Part shown: one piece after another, positions 40,462 to 49,361 of the stretch
Layout: each line of letters begins with the position of its first letter
Numbering within the stretch: the first letter of the stretch is position 1
Made by a program: the position numbers and the translations under genes
Assembly (NCBI GenBank): GCA_963734285.1
Contig: CAVTGM010000009.1
Location: forward strand, 8,663-72,662
DNA from: an uncultured Actinomycetes bacterium
Lineage (GTDB): Bacteria > Actinomycetota > Thermoleophilia > Gaiellales > Gaiellaceae
Length of the DNA: 64,000 nt
Direction: 5' to 3'
The notes under the pieces: generated by a model
The model's database searches: none
What the model was told of the DNA's origin: nothing
Seen by the model: only the letters and a program-made list of their open reading frames with translations

Positions 40462-40952
40462 CGCTGTTCCGGACGTACTCGGCCCGGGTCTGCGGGTCGT
40501 CTTCTGCGGGATCAATCCCGGCCGCGTCTCCGCGGAGGCGCATGCGCACTTCGCGAACCCGCGCAACGACTTCTGGCGGCTGCTGCACGCGGCGGGCTTC
40601 ACCTCGCGGCTCCTCGAGCCGTCCGAGCAGTTCGAGTTGCTGAAGGAGGGCATCGGCGTGACGAACGCCGCGGCGCGCACGACGCCGGGCTCCGGCGATC
40701 TGCGCCGCGACGACTTCGCGGGCGCGGCGGAGCGGCTCGGCCCGCATCGACGCGCGCTGGATCGGGTTCGTCGGCAAGGAGGCGTACCGCGGCACGTTCG
40801 GCGAGCGTCCCGAGCTCGGAGTGCAGAAGCGGACGCTCGGCGACACGAAGCTCTTCGTGCTGCCCTCGACCTCGCCCGCGAATGCCGCGGTGCCGTGGGA
40901 GGAGCGCCTGCGGTGGTTCCGCGAGCTCGCTAGCTGCGCCAGCGATTCGTGA
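40454..40952 (+). pseudogene. mug: G/U mismatch-specific uracil-DNA glycosylase (Mug), frame broken near 40741
   Basis: PDVLGPGLRVVFCGINPGRVSAEAHAHFANPRNDFWRLLHAAGFT is the Mug signature. The C-half RIDARWIGFVGKEAYRGTFG...LFVLPSTSPANA lies in the +1 frame. The start codon is unclear (CTG 40454). Confidence 0.6.
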
Positions 40953-42507
40953 TCGGCGTGCGCCGGTCGCGGCCGAACGCCTTCGGCCGCAGGCGTACGC
41001 CGGGCGGCGCCTGGCGCCGCTTGTACTCGGCACGGTCGACGAGCGCGACTGCGCGCTCCACGACGTCGCGGTCGAAGCCGTCGGAGGACAGCTCCTCGAG
41101 CGTCCGGTCCTGCTCGACGTACGCCTCGAGCACCCGGTCGAGCGCGGGATACGGCGGGAGCGAGTCCTCGTCCAGTTGGTCGGCGCGCAGTTCCGCGCTC
41201 GGTGCGCGGTCGACGATCGACTGCGGAATGACGCCGAGATACTTCGACAGGCGGAAGACGTCGGTCTTGTAGACGTCCTTCAGGAGCGCGAAGCCGCCCG
41301 CCATGTCGCCGTACAGCGTCGCGTAGCCGACCGAGAGCTCCGACTTGTTACCGGTGGCGACGAGCAGCCAGCCGAACTTGTTCGACAACGCCATCAGCAG
41401 CGTGCCGCGGATGCGCGCCTGCAGGTTCTCCTCCGTGAGATCCGGAGCTCGTCCCTCGAACGACGGCGCGAGCGCCGCGACGTACGTCTCGACCATCGGC
41501 TCGATCGGGATCTCGCGAAAGTCGCAGCCGAGTGCCTCGGCGAGCCGGCGCGCGTCCGTCCGCGTCGCGTCGGAGGAGTAGCGCGACGGCATCGAGACGC
41601 AGTGCACTCGGTCGGCGCCGAGCGCCTCGACCGCGAGCGCGGCCACGAGCGCGGAGTCGATGCCGCCGGACACGCCGACGAGCACCTGCTCGAAGCCGTT
41701 CTTCCGCACGTAGTCGCGCAGGCCGAGCACGAGTGCCCGGCGCATCTGCTCGAGCTCGTCGGCGAACGGGACGATCGAGCCCGTCGCGCCGAGATCGACC
41801 ACGAGCAGCGCCTCCTCGAACCCGGGTGCGCGCGCGATCACCTCGCCGCGTTCGTCGATCACGCACGAGTGCCCGTCGAAGAGCAGCTCGTCCTGGCCGC
41901 CCACGGCGTTGCAGAAGACGACGGCTGCATTGTTGTCGCGCGCGCGCGTGCGGAACATCTCCTCGCGGGTGCGGTCCTTGCCGATGTGGAAGGGCGACGC
42001 CGAGATGTTGACGAGCAGACGCGCGCCCAACCGCGCGAGCTCCGACGCCGGCGGGCCGGGCTGCCACATGTCTTCGCAGACGGTGACGCCGACCTTCGCC
42101 TCTCCGATCTCGATCGGAGTCGCGTCGGTGCCCGGAGTGAAGTAGCGCACTTCGTCGAACACGCCGTAGTTCGGAAGGAGCTGCTTGCGCACGCGCTCCT
42201 TCACCTCGCCGTCGGCGCAGACGGCGGCGACGTTGTAGAGATGCCCACCGTCGGCGTGCGGCGCCCCGACGATCGCGACGATGCCGTGGACGGCGTCCGC
42301 GATCTGCTCGAGGGACTCCTCGGCGGCGCGCACGAACCCGGGGCGAAGGAGCAGGTCCTCGGGCGGGTACCCGGTGACGGCGAGCTCGGGGAAGACGACG
42401 ACGTCGGCGCCCGCCTCCTTCGCCGCCGCGAGGCGGTCGAGGATGAGCGCGCGGTTCCCGTCGAGGTCGCCGACGGTCGTGTCGATCTGGGCGAGAGCCA
42501 GTCTCAC
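40930..42507 (-). CDS. nadE: Glutamine-dependent NAD+ synthetase
   Basis: The N-terminal nitrilase-like domain has VVVFPELAVTGY and VCEDMW. The C-terminal synthetase domain has VGVSGGIDSALVAAL (SGGxDS) and ATGNKSELSVGYATLYGD. Confidence 0.9.
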   Translation of the reverse strand: MRLALAQIDTTVGDLDGNRALILDRLAAAKEAGADVVVFPELAVTGYPPEDLLLRPGFVRAAEESLEQIADAVHGIVAIVGAPHADGGHLYNVAAVCADGEVKERVRKQLLPNYGVFDEVRYFTPGTDATPIEIGEAKVGVTVCEDMWQPGPPASELARLGARLLVNISASPFHIGKDRTREEMFRTRARDNNAAVVFCNAVGGQDELLFDGHSCVIDERGEVIARAPGFEEALLVVDLGATGSIVPFADELEQMRRALVLGLRDYVRKNGFEQVLVGVSGGIDSALVAALAVEALGADRVHCVSMPSRYSSDATRTDARRLAEALGCDFREIPIEPMVETYVAALAPSFEGRAPDLTEENLQARIRGTLLMALSNKFGWLLVATGNKSELSVGYATLYGDMAGGFALLKDVYKTDVFRLSKYLGVIPQSIVDRAPSAELRADQLDEDSLPPYPALDRVLEAYVEQDRTLEELSSDGFDRDVVERAVALVDRAEYKRRQAPPGVRLRPKAFGRDRRTPITNRWRS

Positions 42508-42534
42508 AGGTTTGAGACTACCAGGCGAAAACCT

Positions 42535-43291
42535 TCAGCGCTTCAGGCGAACGACGTTCAGGTCGTCCGCGAGGATCGCGTCCATCCGCTCGCGCAGCTG
42601 CTCCGGCGGGTCGTGCTCGGCGTGGAGGTAGCGCCCCGCGAGCTTGTCGAACTCGCCCGTCGCGAGCGCGTGCACGAGGCGCGGCGCGCACTCGGGCGGC
42701 GTCCACGGCGCGTCGTCGGGAAGCGCGGAGGTCATCGCCGTCCTGCACGAGCCCCGGCGAGATCGAGAACACGAACACGTTCTGCGGCGCGAGCGAGGCG
42801 GCGAGCACCTCGGAGAAGCGGTTCACGGCCGCCTTGCTCGCCGGGTACGCGGTGGCGTTCGGCCCTTCGCGCGGCGGTAGGTACGCCGAGCCGGAGGCGA
42901 CGTTGACGATGCGGCCGCCGCCGCGCTCGACCATGAGCGGCGCGAACGCGCGGCAGCACATGTACGTGCCGAGGACGTTCACCTCGAACGTGTGCCACCA
43001 CTCGTCGACGTCCGCGAGCGGATCCTCCGGCCCGGAGATGCCCGCGTTGTTCACGAGCAGGTCGACGGCGCCGACCTCGCCGCACCAGCGCGCGACGTCC
43101 GCGCGCTTCGACACGTCACCGGTGAGCGCGCGTCCGCCGATCTCCTCCGCGACGGCGCGCACCTCCTCGGCGGTGCGGCCGGTGACCGCGACATCCATCC
43201 CGGCGCGCGCGAGCTCGCGCGCGATGTTCGCGCCGATCCCACGCCCGCCGCCGGTGACGAGCGCAGTTCCTCGCAGTTCAGCGGACAGCAT
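42535..43291 (-). pseudogene. Short-chain dehydrogenase/reductase, frame broken near 42743
   Basis: ALVTGGGRGIG, NNAG and YPASKAA read in ORF 42518..43291 up to ISPGLV. The natural tail MTSALPDDAPWTPPE...VVRLKR is ORF 42535..42735, and removing one A restores it. Confidence 0.65.
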
Positions 43292-45135
43292 CGGCGATCT
43301 CCTCCAGTGACTCGGGGTTCTCCAGGGTGGAAAGGTCGCCGGGATCCTCGCCGAGCGCCCGCGCGCGCACGGCGCGGCGCACGATCTTCGCGGAGCGCGT
43401 CTTCGGCAGCGCGCCGACCCACACGATCCGGTCCGGCTTGAACGCCTTGCCGAGCGCGTCCGTCACCGCGCCGGCGACACGCTCGTCGTCCTGCTCGTCG
43501 CCGCTCGGCACGCAGAAGATCCACGCGACCTCGCCCTTCACCTCGTGCGGGACGCCGACCGCGGCCGCTTCGGCGACGATGCCGCTCGCGATCGCGGCCG
43601 ACTCGAGCTCCGCCGGCCCGATGCGCTTGCCGGCGATGTTCAGCGTGTCGTCGCTGCGCCCGTGCAGGAACCAGTAGCCGTCCGCGTCCACCGATGCCCA
43701 GTCGCCGTGCGTCCAGATGCCGGGGAAGCGGCGCCAGTACGTCTCGAGGTAGCGCTCGTCGTCTCCCCAGATCCCGCGCGTCATGCCCGGCCATGGGCGG
43801 CGGCAGACGAGCTCGCCCACTTCGCCGCGGATGGAGTTGCCCGCGGCGTCGACGACGTCCATGTCCTCGCCGAGCGCGGGGAAGCCGACCGACACGGGCT
43901 TGATCGGCTCCGTGACGATCGTCGTGAGGAAGCACGCGCCCACCTCGGTTCCGCCCGAGCAGTTGACGATCGGAACGCGCGAGCGGCCGACCTTCTCGAA
44001 CGAGCCAGCGGTACGGATCGGGGTTCCACGGCTCGCCCGTCGTGCAGATCGCGCGCAGCGACGAGAGATCCGTCTGCGGCTCGCCCTTCGGGATGAGCGC
44101 GCGCACGAGCGTGGGCGAGACGCCGACCATGGAGATGCGCTCCGACTCGATCAGCTTCCAGAGACGGTCGTCGGGCCAGTCGGGCGCGCCTTCGGCGAAG
44201 ACGATCGTCGCGCCCGCCGCGCCGCCGCCGACGACGGTCCACGGCCCCATGATCCAGCCCATGTCGGTGGCGAAGTGGATGCGTTCGCCCGGCCTGATGT
44301 CCGCCTGGTACACGGTCTCGCGCGCGATCGAGACGAGGAAGCCGCCCTGCACGTGCAGCGCGCCCTTCGGCTTGCCGGTCGTGCCCGGACGTGTAGGCGA
44401 GGAGGTAGGGCGCCTCGCTGTCGACCTCGAGCGGCGGCAGCGTCCCCGGCTGCTTCGTCACGAGCTCCGGCCAGGAACGCGTCTCGCGATTCCACTCGAC
44501 GACGACGTGGTCACCGGTCTCGTCGAGGATCGCCCGCATGTCCATGCGCTTGCCCCGGCGCAGCGACCAGTCGGCGCAGAGGACGACCTTCGCCCGCGAG
44601 TCGTCGATCCGCGATGCGATCGCCGGCGCGGCGAACCCGGAGAAGATCGGCACCTGCACGGCGCCGATGTGCGCGCATGCGTGCGACGCGATCGCGACGG
44701 CGGGGCACATCGGCATGAAGATCGCGACGCGGTCGCCCGGCTCGACGCCGAGCTCGACGAGCGCCTCGGCGAGCTGCGTCACCTGGCGCGACGCCTCCGC
44801 CCACGTGAGCGAGTCGCGTTCGCCGTCCTCGTACAGCCCGACGAGCGCCTCGTCGTCGGATGCCCGGCTGTGCACGCAGACGCGCGCGACGTTCACCTTC
44901 CCGCCGACGAACCAGCGCGTCCACTCGGGCCCGCGCGACGCGTCGAGGACAGCGTCCCAGCGGCGCGAGAACTCGATGCCGAGGTCGTCGATGAGCGCGG
45001 GCCAGAACCGGTCCGGCTCCTCGAGCGAGATGCGGTGCAGCTCGTGGTAGTCGCGGCGCCGAGCACGCGGCCGAGCCGCGTCAGGTTGGCCTCCTCGACA
45101 CGCTCGGGCGTCGGCTCCCAGATGAAGTCGCTCAT
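43278..45135 (-). pseudogene. AMP-forming acyl-CoA synthetase paralogue (acetoacetyl-/acetyl-CoA synthetase-like) with three frame breaks
   Basis: The protein is split over four ORFs (44893..45135, 43781..44896, 43051..44352, 43278..43943). Breaks are at ~45058 (RVLG|RDYHEL), ~44373 (AYTSG|TTGKPKG) and ~44001 (YRWL|FEKVGRSRVPIVNCSGGTE). The end is KTRSAKIVRR. Confidence 0.75.
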
Positions 45136-45138
45136 TGC

Positions 45139-45165
45139 TAGTCTCTACTAACTTAGTGGTTGCTA
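45139..45165. promoter_or_regulatory. Imperfect 13-bp inverted repeat, possible TetR operator in the MFS promoter region
   Basis: TAGTCTCTACTAA-C-TTAGTGGTTGCTA (9/13 arms pair) lies in the AT-richer spacer between the acyl-CoA synthetase remnant and the MFS/TetR pair. Confidence 0.25.
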
Positions 45166-46630
45166 ACCGGGGAAGGTGAGGAAGGCTTGAAGGCTCGCAT
45201 ATTCGCGGAGGAGAACAAGAAGTGGTGGACGCTGGCGGCCGTCTCGTTCGGCCTGTTCATGATCATGCTCGACAACACGATCGTGAACGTGGCGCTGCCG
45301 ACGATCCAGCGCTCGCTGCACCTCAAGGTTTCCGAGCTCGAGTGGATCGTGACGGGCTACGCCCTCACGTTCGGCGCGCTCATGCTCACCGGCGGCAAGC
45401 TCGCCGACCTGCTCGGCCGGCGGATGATCTTCGTCGTCGGGCTCGTCGTCTTCACGCTCTCGTCGCTCGGCTGCGGCCTCGCCGGTAGCGCGAGCGTGCT
45501 CATCGCCGCGCGCGTCGTGCAGGGCGTCGGCGCCGCGCTGATGAACCCGTCGACGCTCTCGATCATCACGGTCACGTTCCCGCCGAAGCAGCGCGGGACG
45601 GCGATCGGCATCTGGGCGGGCGTCTCGGCGCTCGCGCTCGCGATCGGGCCGCTCGTCGGCGGCCTCATCACGGAGCACATCAACTGGAACTGGATCTTCT
45701 ACATCAACGTGCCGATCGGAGCGCTCGCGATCGTCGCCGCGTTCGCGTTCATCCCCGAGTCGCGCGACACCTCGCACGAGCAGAAGCCCGACCTCGCCGG
45801 GCAGGCCGCGTCCGCGCTCGGGCTGTTCGCGCTGAGCTACGCGCTCATCGAGGCGAACACGTACGGCTGGACGTCGGGACGCATCCTCGGGTCGTTCGCG
45901 ATCGCGGCCGCGTCGCTCGTCGCGTTCGTGCTGCTCGAGATGCACCAGCGTCTCCCGATGCTCGACCTCAGCCTCTTCCGCAATCGCGGCTTCGCCGGCG
46001 CGAACACGGTGATGCTGCTCGTCGGCCTCGCGATGTTCGGCGTGTTCTTCTACGTCTCGCTCTACGTCCAGCAGGTTCTCGGGTATTCGCCGGTGCAGGC
46101 CGGCGCCGCGTTCCTGCCGTGGACGCTGCTGATCATCCTCATCGCGCCGTGGGCGGGACGTCTCTCGGACAGGTTCGGCCCGCGGCCGTTCGTCAGCGTC
46201 CGGCCTGCTGCTCGTCGCCGGCTCGCTCTTCGTCTTCTCGCGCCTGGGCGTGCACGAGAGCTTCTGGAACCTGCTGCCCGCGATGCTGCTCGGCGGCATC
46301 GGCATGGCGTCCGCGATGGCGCCGACGACCGCGGCCGCGATGGCGTCCGTCCGGCCGGACAAGGCAGGCGTCGGATCGGCTGTGCTCAACAGCATGCGCC
46401 AGGTCGGCGGCTCGCTCGGCATCGCGATCATGGGCGCGATCGTCGCGTCCGGGATCTCGAGCTCGCTCGCGTCGGGGCACTCGCGGCCGGAGGCGTTCGT
46501 CCACGGCTTCCGGGACGCGACGAGCGTCGCCGCGCTCATCGCGATCGCCGGCGCGATCGTCGCAGCGACGACGCTCCAGCACGCACGGCATCGCGAGCCG
46601 GCGCGCGACACGTTGCCCGAGGCCGCGTGA
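45160..46630 (+). pseudogene. MFS transporter, DHA2 (EmrB/QacA) family, frame broken near 46200
   Basis: MLDNTIVNVALPTIQ, GKLADLLGRR and 14-TM topology. After RLSDRFGPRPFVSV the sequence continues as GLLLVAGSLFVFSRLGVHESFWNLL in ORF 46250..46630. The likely start is TTG 45187. Confidence 0.7.
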
Positions 46631-47224
46631 GCGTCGCTCCCGTTCGGATGGCGGCGGCCGATCGCCGCCGCCATCTCGTCGAGACCGCGATCCGCGTCTT
46701 CTCGGACGGGAGCTATCGCGGGACGACGACCGCGGAGATCGCGCGCGCGGCCGGCATCTCCGAGCCGATCCTGTACCGGCACTTCGCGTCGAAGCGCGAG
46801 CTGTACCTCGCCGCGCTCGACCACGTGTGGGAGACGGCGCGCGCGCGCTGGACGGAGGTGCTCGAGGGCGCACCGGACGTCGCCGCGGGCTTCGCCGAGA
46901 TGGGCCGCGGCCATTTCTCCGTCCACGACTGCAAGTTCCAGCTCGCGGAGCTCTGGGTGCAGGCGCTCGGCGAGGCGGCCGAGGACGCGGAGCTGCGGAA
47001 GCACCTGCGCAAGCACATGCGCGAGGTGCACGACTTCATCGCAGCCGCAATCCGCCGCGGCCAGGAGGAGGGCTCGCTCCATCCCGACCGGGATCGCCGA
47101 GGCGGAAGCCTGGGTCTTCCTCGCCGGCGGCGTCTTCGGCATGGTCGGCCGGAGGGTCGGCCTCCTGGGCGACGACGAAGTGAACCGCATCAGAGCCGCA
47201 CGGCTCGACTGGATGCGCGCCTGA
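46627..47224 (+). pseudogene. TetR family transcriptional regulator, frame broken near 47089
   Basis: The GTG start overlaps the MFS stop (GTGA). The HTH is YRGTTTAEIARAAGISEPILYRHFASKRELY. The tail GIAEAEAWVFLAGGVFGMVGRR...LDWMRA-stop (47222-47224) needs a 1-nt skip. Confidence 0.7.
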
Positions 47225-47226
47225 CT

Positions 47227-47255
47227 CCGTCTGAAGTGCTGCGCACTTCAGACGG
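47227..47255. terminator. Perfect 13-bp hairpin (3-nt loop) 2 nt after the TetR stop; no U-tract
   Basis: CCGTCTGAAGTGC-TGC-GCACTTCAGACGG. Confidence 0.35.
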
Positions 47256-47261
47256 TCAGAG

Positions 47262-47622
47262 GTTCCCGCTTCGCGGGAGCGGAGTCGGGCAAAGCCCGCC
47301 TCCTCTTATGAGCGTTGCCGAAGGTCTTGTCTGCGCGCGCGGTGGTGGGCTTCGCCCATCCCCGCGCGCTGGTTCGGCCTTCGCTAACGCTGCGCGTTAG
47401 GTCCAGCCCGAGGCCGTCGAGCTGGGCGAGGCGCTCAGAGCAGTAGACCTTCGCCCATGCCGCCAACAAGGCCGGAGCGTAAGCCTGGCGGAGCCGGCTT
47501 ACGCGCAGGCGGACTAGCGCGTGGGGACGGCGTAGCCGCCACCGCGCGCGCAGAACATCCCTCCGTCGACGACCCGCAAGAGCTCGCGGGCTTTGCCCGC
47601 GAGCGCTCCCGCGAAGCGGGAC
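47262..47622. repeat. ~360-bp imperfect palindrome made of two inverted ~150-nt repeat copies
   Basis: 47262-47299 pairs with 47586-47622: TCCCGCTTCGCGGGAGCG and GGGCAAAGCCCGC are identical in reverse complement. 47328-47370 pairs with 47516-47557 at about 85% identity, including TCTGCGCGCGCGGTGG. Confidence 0.6.
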
Positions 47623-47630
47623 CCTTCATC

Positions 47631-47658
47631 GGGAGAAAGTGCGCCAGCACTTTCTCCC
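47631..47658. repeat. Perfect 12-bp hairpin, related in core to the 47227 hairpin
   Basis: GGGAGAAAGTGC-GCCA-GCACTTTCTCCC shares the AGTGC...GCACT core with hairpin 47227-47255. Confidence 0.5.
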
Positions 47659-47660
47659 AG

Positions 47661-47696
47661 GACAAAAGAAAGGCCCCGGCTGCGGCTCCGGGGCCT
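47661..47696 (-). terminator. Intrinsic terminator (minus strand) of the orphan transcript
   Basis: The minus strand reads AGGCCCCGG-AGCCGCAG-CCGGGGCCU followed by UUCUUUUGUC. Confidence 0.55.
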
Positions 47697-47830
47697 TGTC
47701 TTATGAGAGGCGCGTACTCCCTGCGTATCGGGGTTCCCGACTCTGCGGCTCAGTCGGGCTGCCCTGTGTCGCTGGGTTGCGGCGACGCGCCCCCTGCAAA
47801 CCCGCCTGGCGTCCGGCTCGCTTGCAAGGT
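47661..47830 (-). ncRNA. Candidate ~170-nt small RNA of unknown family (promoter plus terminator, no ORF)
   Basis: It is bounded by the TTGACT-N17-TATAGT promoter and the terminator above and contains no AUG or GUG. Predicted helices include CCCGACU/AGUCGGG, GUCGC/GCGAC and a 10-bp long-range GGGGGCGCGU/ACGCGCCUCU pairing. The TSS is inferred, not observed. Confidence 0.4.
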
Positions 47831-47836
47831 GACCGC

Positions 47837-47865
47837 ACTATAGGCCCGGTCCGGGAGCGAGTCAA
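47837..47865 (-). promoter_or_regulatory. Near-consensus sigma-70-type promoter TTGACT-N17-TATAGT with upstream A/T tract and tandem AGTCAAGT repeats
   Basis: The minus strand reads tttttcaaaatcacTTGACTagggtacTTGACTcgctcccggaccgggccTATAGTgcggtc. On the plus strand AGTCAAGT occurs at 47860-47867 and 47873-47880 (13-bp period). Confidence 0.5.
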
Positions 47866-47998
47866 GTACCCTAGTCAAGTGATTTTGAAAAACGGCCAGT
47901 TCACTGCCTGTTCCGCTTGTTTATGCCCTTTTAGGGGGATGGCTGGAGCGGACATCTTGCGTTTCAGTGAAGCGTAAGGTTCACTTCGCCTTAGCCGC

Positions 47999-49339
47999 AT
48001 GGCCAGAGAGACCTCAGTCCGCAGCCAAACCACGTCGTCCGCCCTCCGCCTCGGAGAGCGGCTACGGCAGCTTCGCGTTGCCGCCGGGCTGACGCAGAGC
48101 GAGCTCGCGGGCGAACGGTTCTCGAAGGAGTACGTCTCGCAGATCGAGCGCGGCAAGACGCGGCCGACGACCGAGACGATCGAATGGCTTGCCGCCCAGC
48201 TCGCCTGCGACGCCGGCTTCCTCGCGAACGGCGTCGCGACCGACGAGCGCGGCCGGCTCGAGGCCGCACTGGCCCGCGCCGAGACGCTGATCGAGGCGCA
48301 CCGCAACGAGGACGCCGCCGCCGAGTACGAGACGCTCGTCCCCGCTTCGCGCGCGACGGGCGTTCCGGAGCTCGAGGTTCGCGCGCTCATCGGCGCCGGC
48401 CGGACGCAGATGCGTCTCGGCTCGCTCCGCCAGGCGATGGATCTGCTGAACGACGCGCGCGGCATCGTCGAGTCCGGCAACTTCTCCGATCTCGAGCGCG
48501 CGGAGGTCTTCTACGCGCTCGGCATCTGCCGCTACCAGCTGAACAGCGTGCAGACCTCGCTCGGCCTGCTGAACGAGGCGCTCGGTCTCGCCGAGCGCTC
48601 GGGCATGCCGTCCGACTCGCTCCGCTCGAACATCCTCTCGTGGCGCTCGCGCTGCTGGCGCCGGATGCGCGACTACGAAGCCGCGCGCGAGGACATCGAG
48701 CGCGCGCTCCAGCTCGCCGAGGACGCGGGCGACCCGCGCACGATCGGCGACGCGTTCTTCCAGGCATCGCTCGTCGCCGACCGCGAAGGCCACTGGATCC
48801 TCGCGCGCACGTACGCCGAGCGCGCGCGTGGTGCATACGAGGGGCTCGCCGACCGCGTGCACGTCGGCCAGCTGACGAACAACCTCGGCGGCCTGAACTT
48901 CCTCCTCGGCAAGACCGACGAGGCCGTCACGCTGCTGAAGGAAGCATTTGGCATCGCCCTCGACACCGGCCGCGAGGCGGACGCCGCACAGGCGGTGTCC
49001 TCGCTCGCGCAGATCCATCTCCGCACCGGCGACGTGGAGCAGGCCGAGGAGCAGGCGCGTCACGCGCTGCAGCTCCTCGCGGATCGCGAGGATTACCTCG
49101 ACGAGATCGGCAGCGCCCAGCTCGTCCTCGGACGCGCACTGCTGTCGCAGGACCGCCTCGACGAGGCGGAGGCGGCGTTCACCGCCGCCGAGGCAAGCTT
49201 TGGCCAGCTCGGTTCGGCCAGCCACCGCGCTGCAGCGTGGGTCGCTCGGGGCGACCTCGCCGCACGCCGCGGGGACGACAGGCTCGCAGCCCACCTCTAC
49301 CGCACCGCGGCTGAGGCGTTGCAGGACGTTCGCTTCTAA
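47999..49339 (+). CDS. XRE-family HTH transcriptional regulator with C-terminal tetratricopeptide (TPR) domain
   Basis: 446 aa. The N-terminal HTH is LGERLRQLRVAAGLTQSELAGERFSKEYVSQIERGKTRPTTETIEWLAAQL. About 370 aa of TPR-like Ala/Leu helical repeats follow. Confidence 0.85.
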   Translation: MARETSVRSQTTSSALRLGERLRQLRVAAGLTQSELAGERFSKEYVSQIERGKTRPTTETIEWLAAQLACDAGFLANGVATDERGRLEAALARAETLIEAHRNEDAAAEYETLVPASRATGVPELEVRALIGAGRTQMRLGSLRQAMDLLNDARGIVESGNFSDLERAEVFYALGICRYQLNSVQTSLGLLNEALGLAERSGMPSDSLRSNILSWRSRCWRRMRDYEAAREDIERALQLAEDAGDPRTIGDAFFQASLVADREGHWILARTYAERARGAYEGLADRVHVGQLTNNLGGLNFLLGKTDEAVTLLKEAFGIALDTGREADAAQAVSSLAQIHLRTGDVEQAEEQARHALQLLADREDYLDEIGSAQLVLGRALLSQDRLDEAEAAFTAAEASFGQLGSASHRAAAWVARGDLAARRGDDRLAAHLYRTAAEALQDVRF

Positions 49340-49361
49340 CGGGGGAAGGGAGGTGACAACT

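Noticed and set aside
47227-47658. The palindromic module as a retron msr/msd, a CRISPR-like array or an IS element.
   Set aside because: There is no reverse transcriptase, cas gene or transposase gene nearby. The repeats are inverted rather than regularly spaced direct repeats, and no target-site duplication was seen.
47661-47830. Assignment of the orphan RNA to SRP (4.5S), 6S, tmRNA, RNase P or a riboswitch.
   Set aside because: I could not find the conserved cores I remember: GGUCCGGAAGGAAGCAGCC for SRP, GAGGAAAGUCCGGGC for RNase P, or a tag ORF plus tRNA-like ends for tmRNA. No gene follows for it to regulate in cis. It is left as unknown pending an Rfam scan.
47248-47843. ORFs 47248..47469(-), 47435..47665(-) and 47457..47843(+) inside the 770-bp intergenic region.
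   Set aside because: They have no motifs and an Arg/Ala/Pro-rich composition. They run across perfect hairpins and the inverted repeats, and no ribosome-binding sites are evident. They are better explained as non-coding repeat or RNA sequence.
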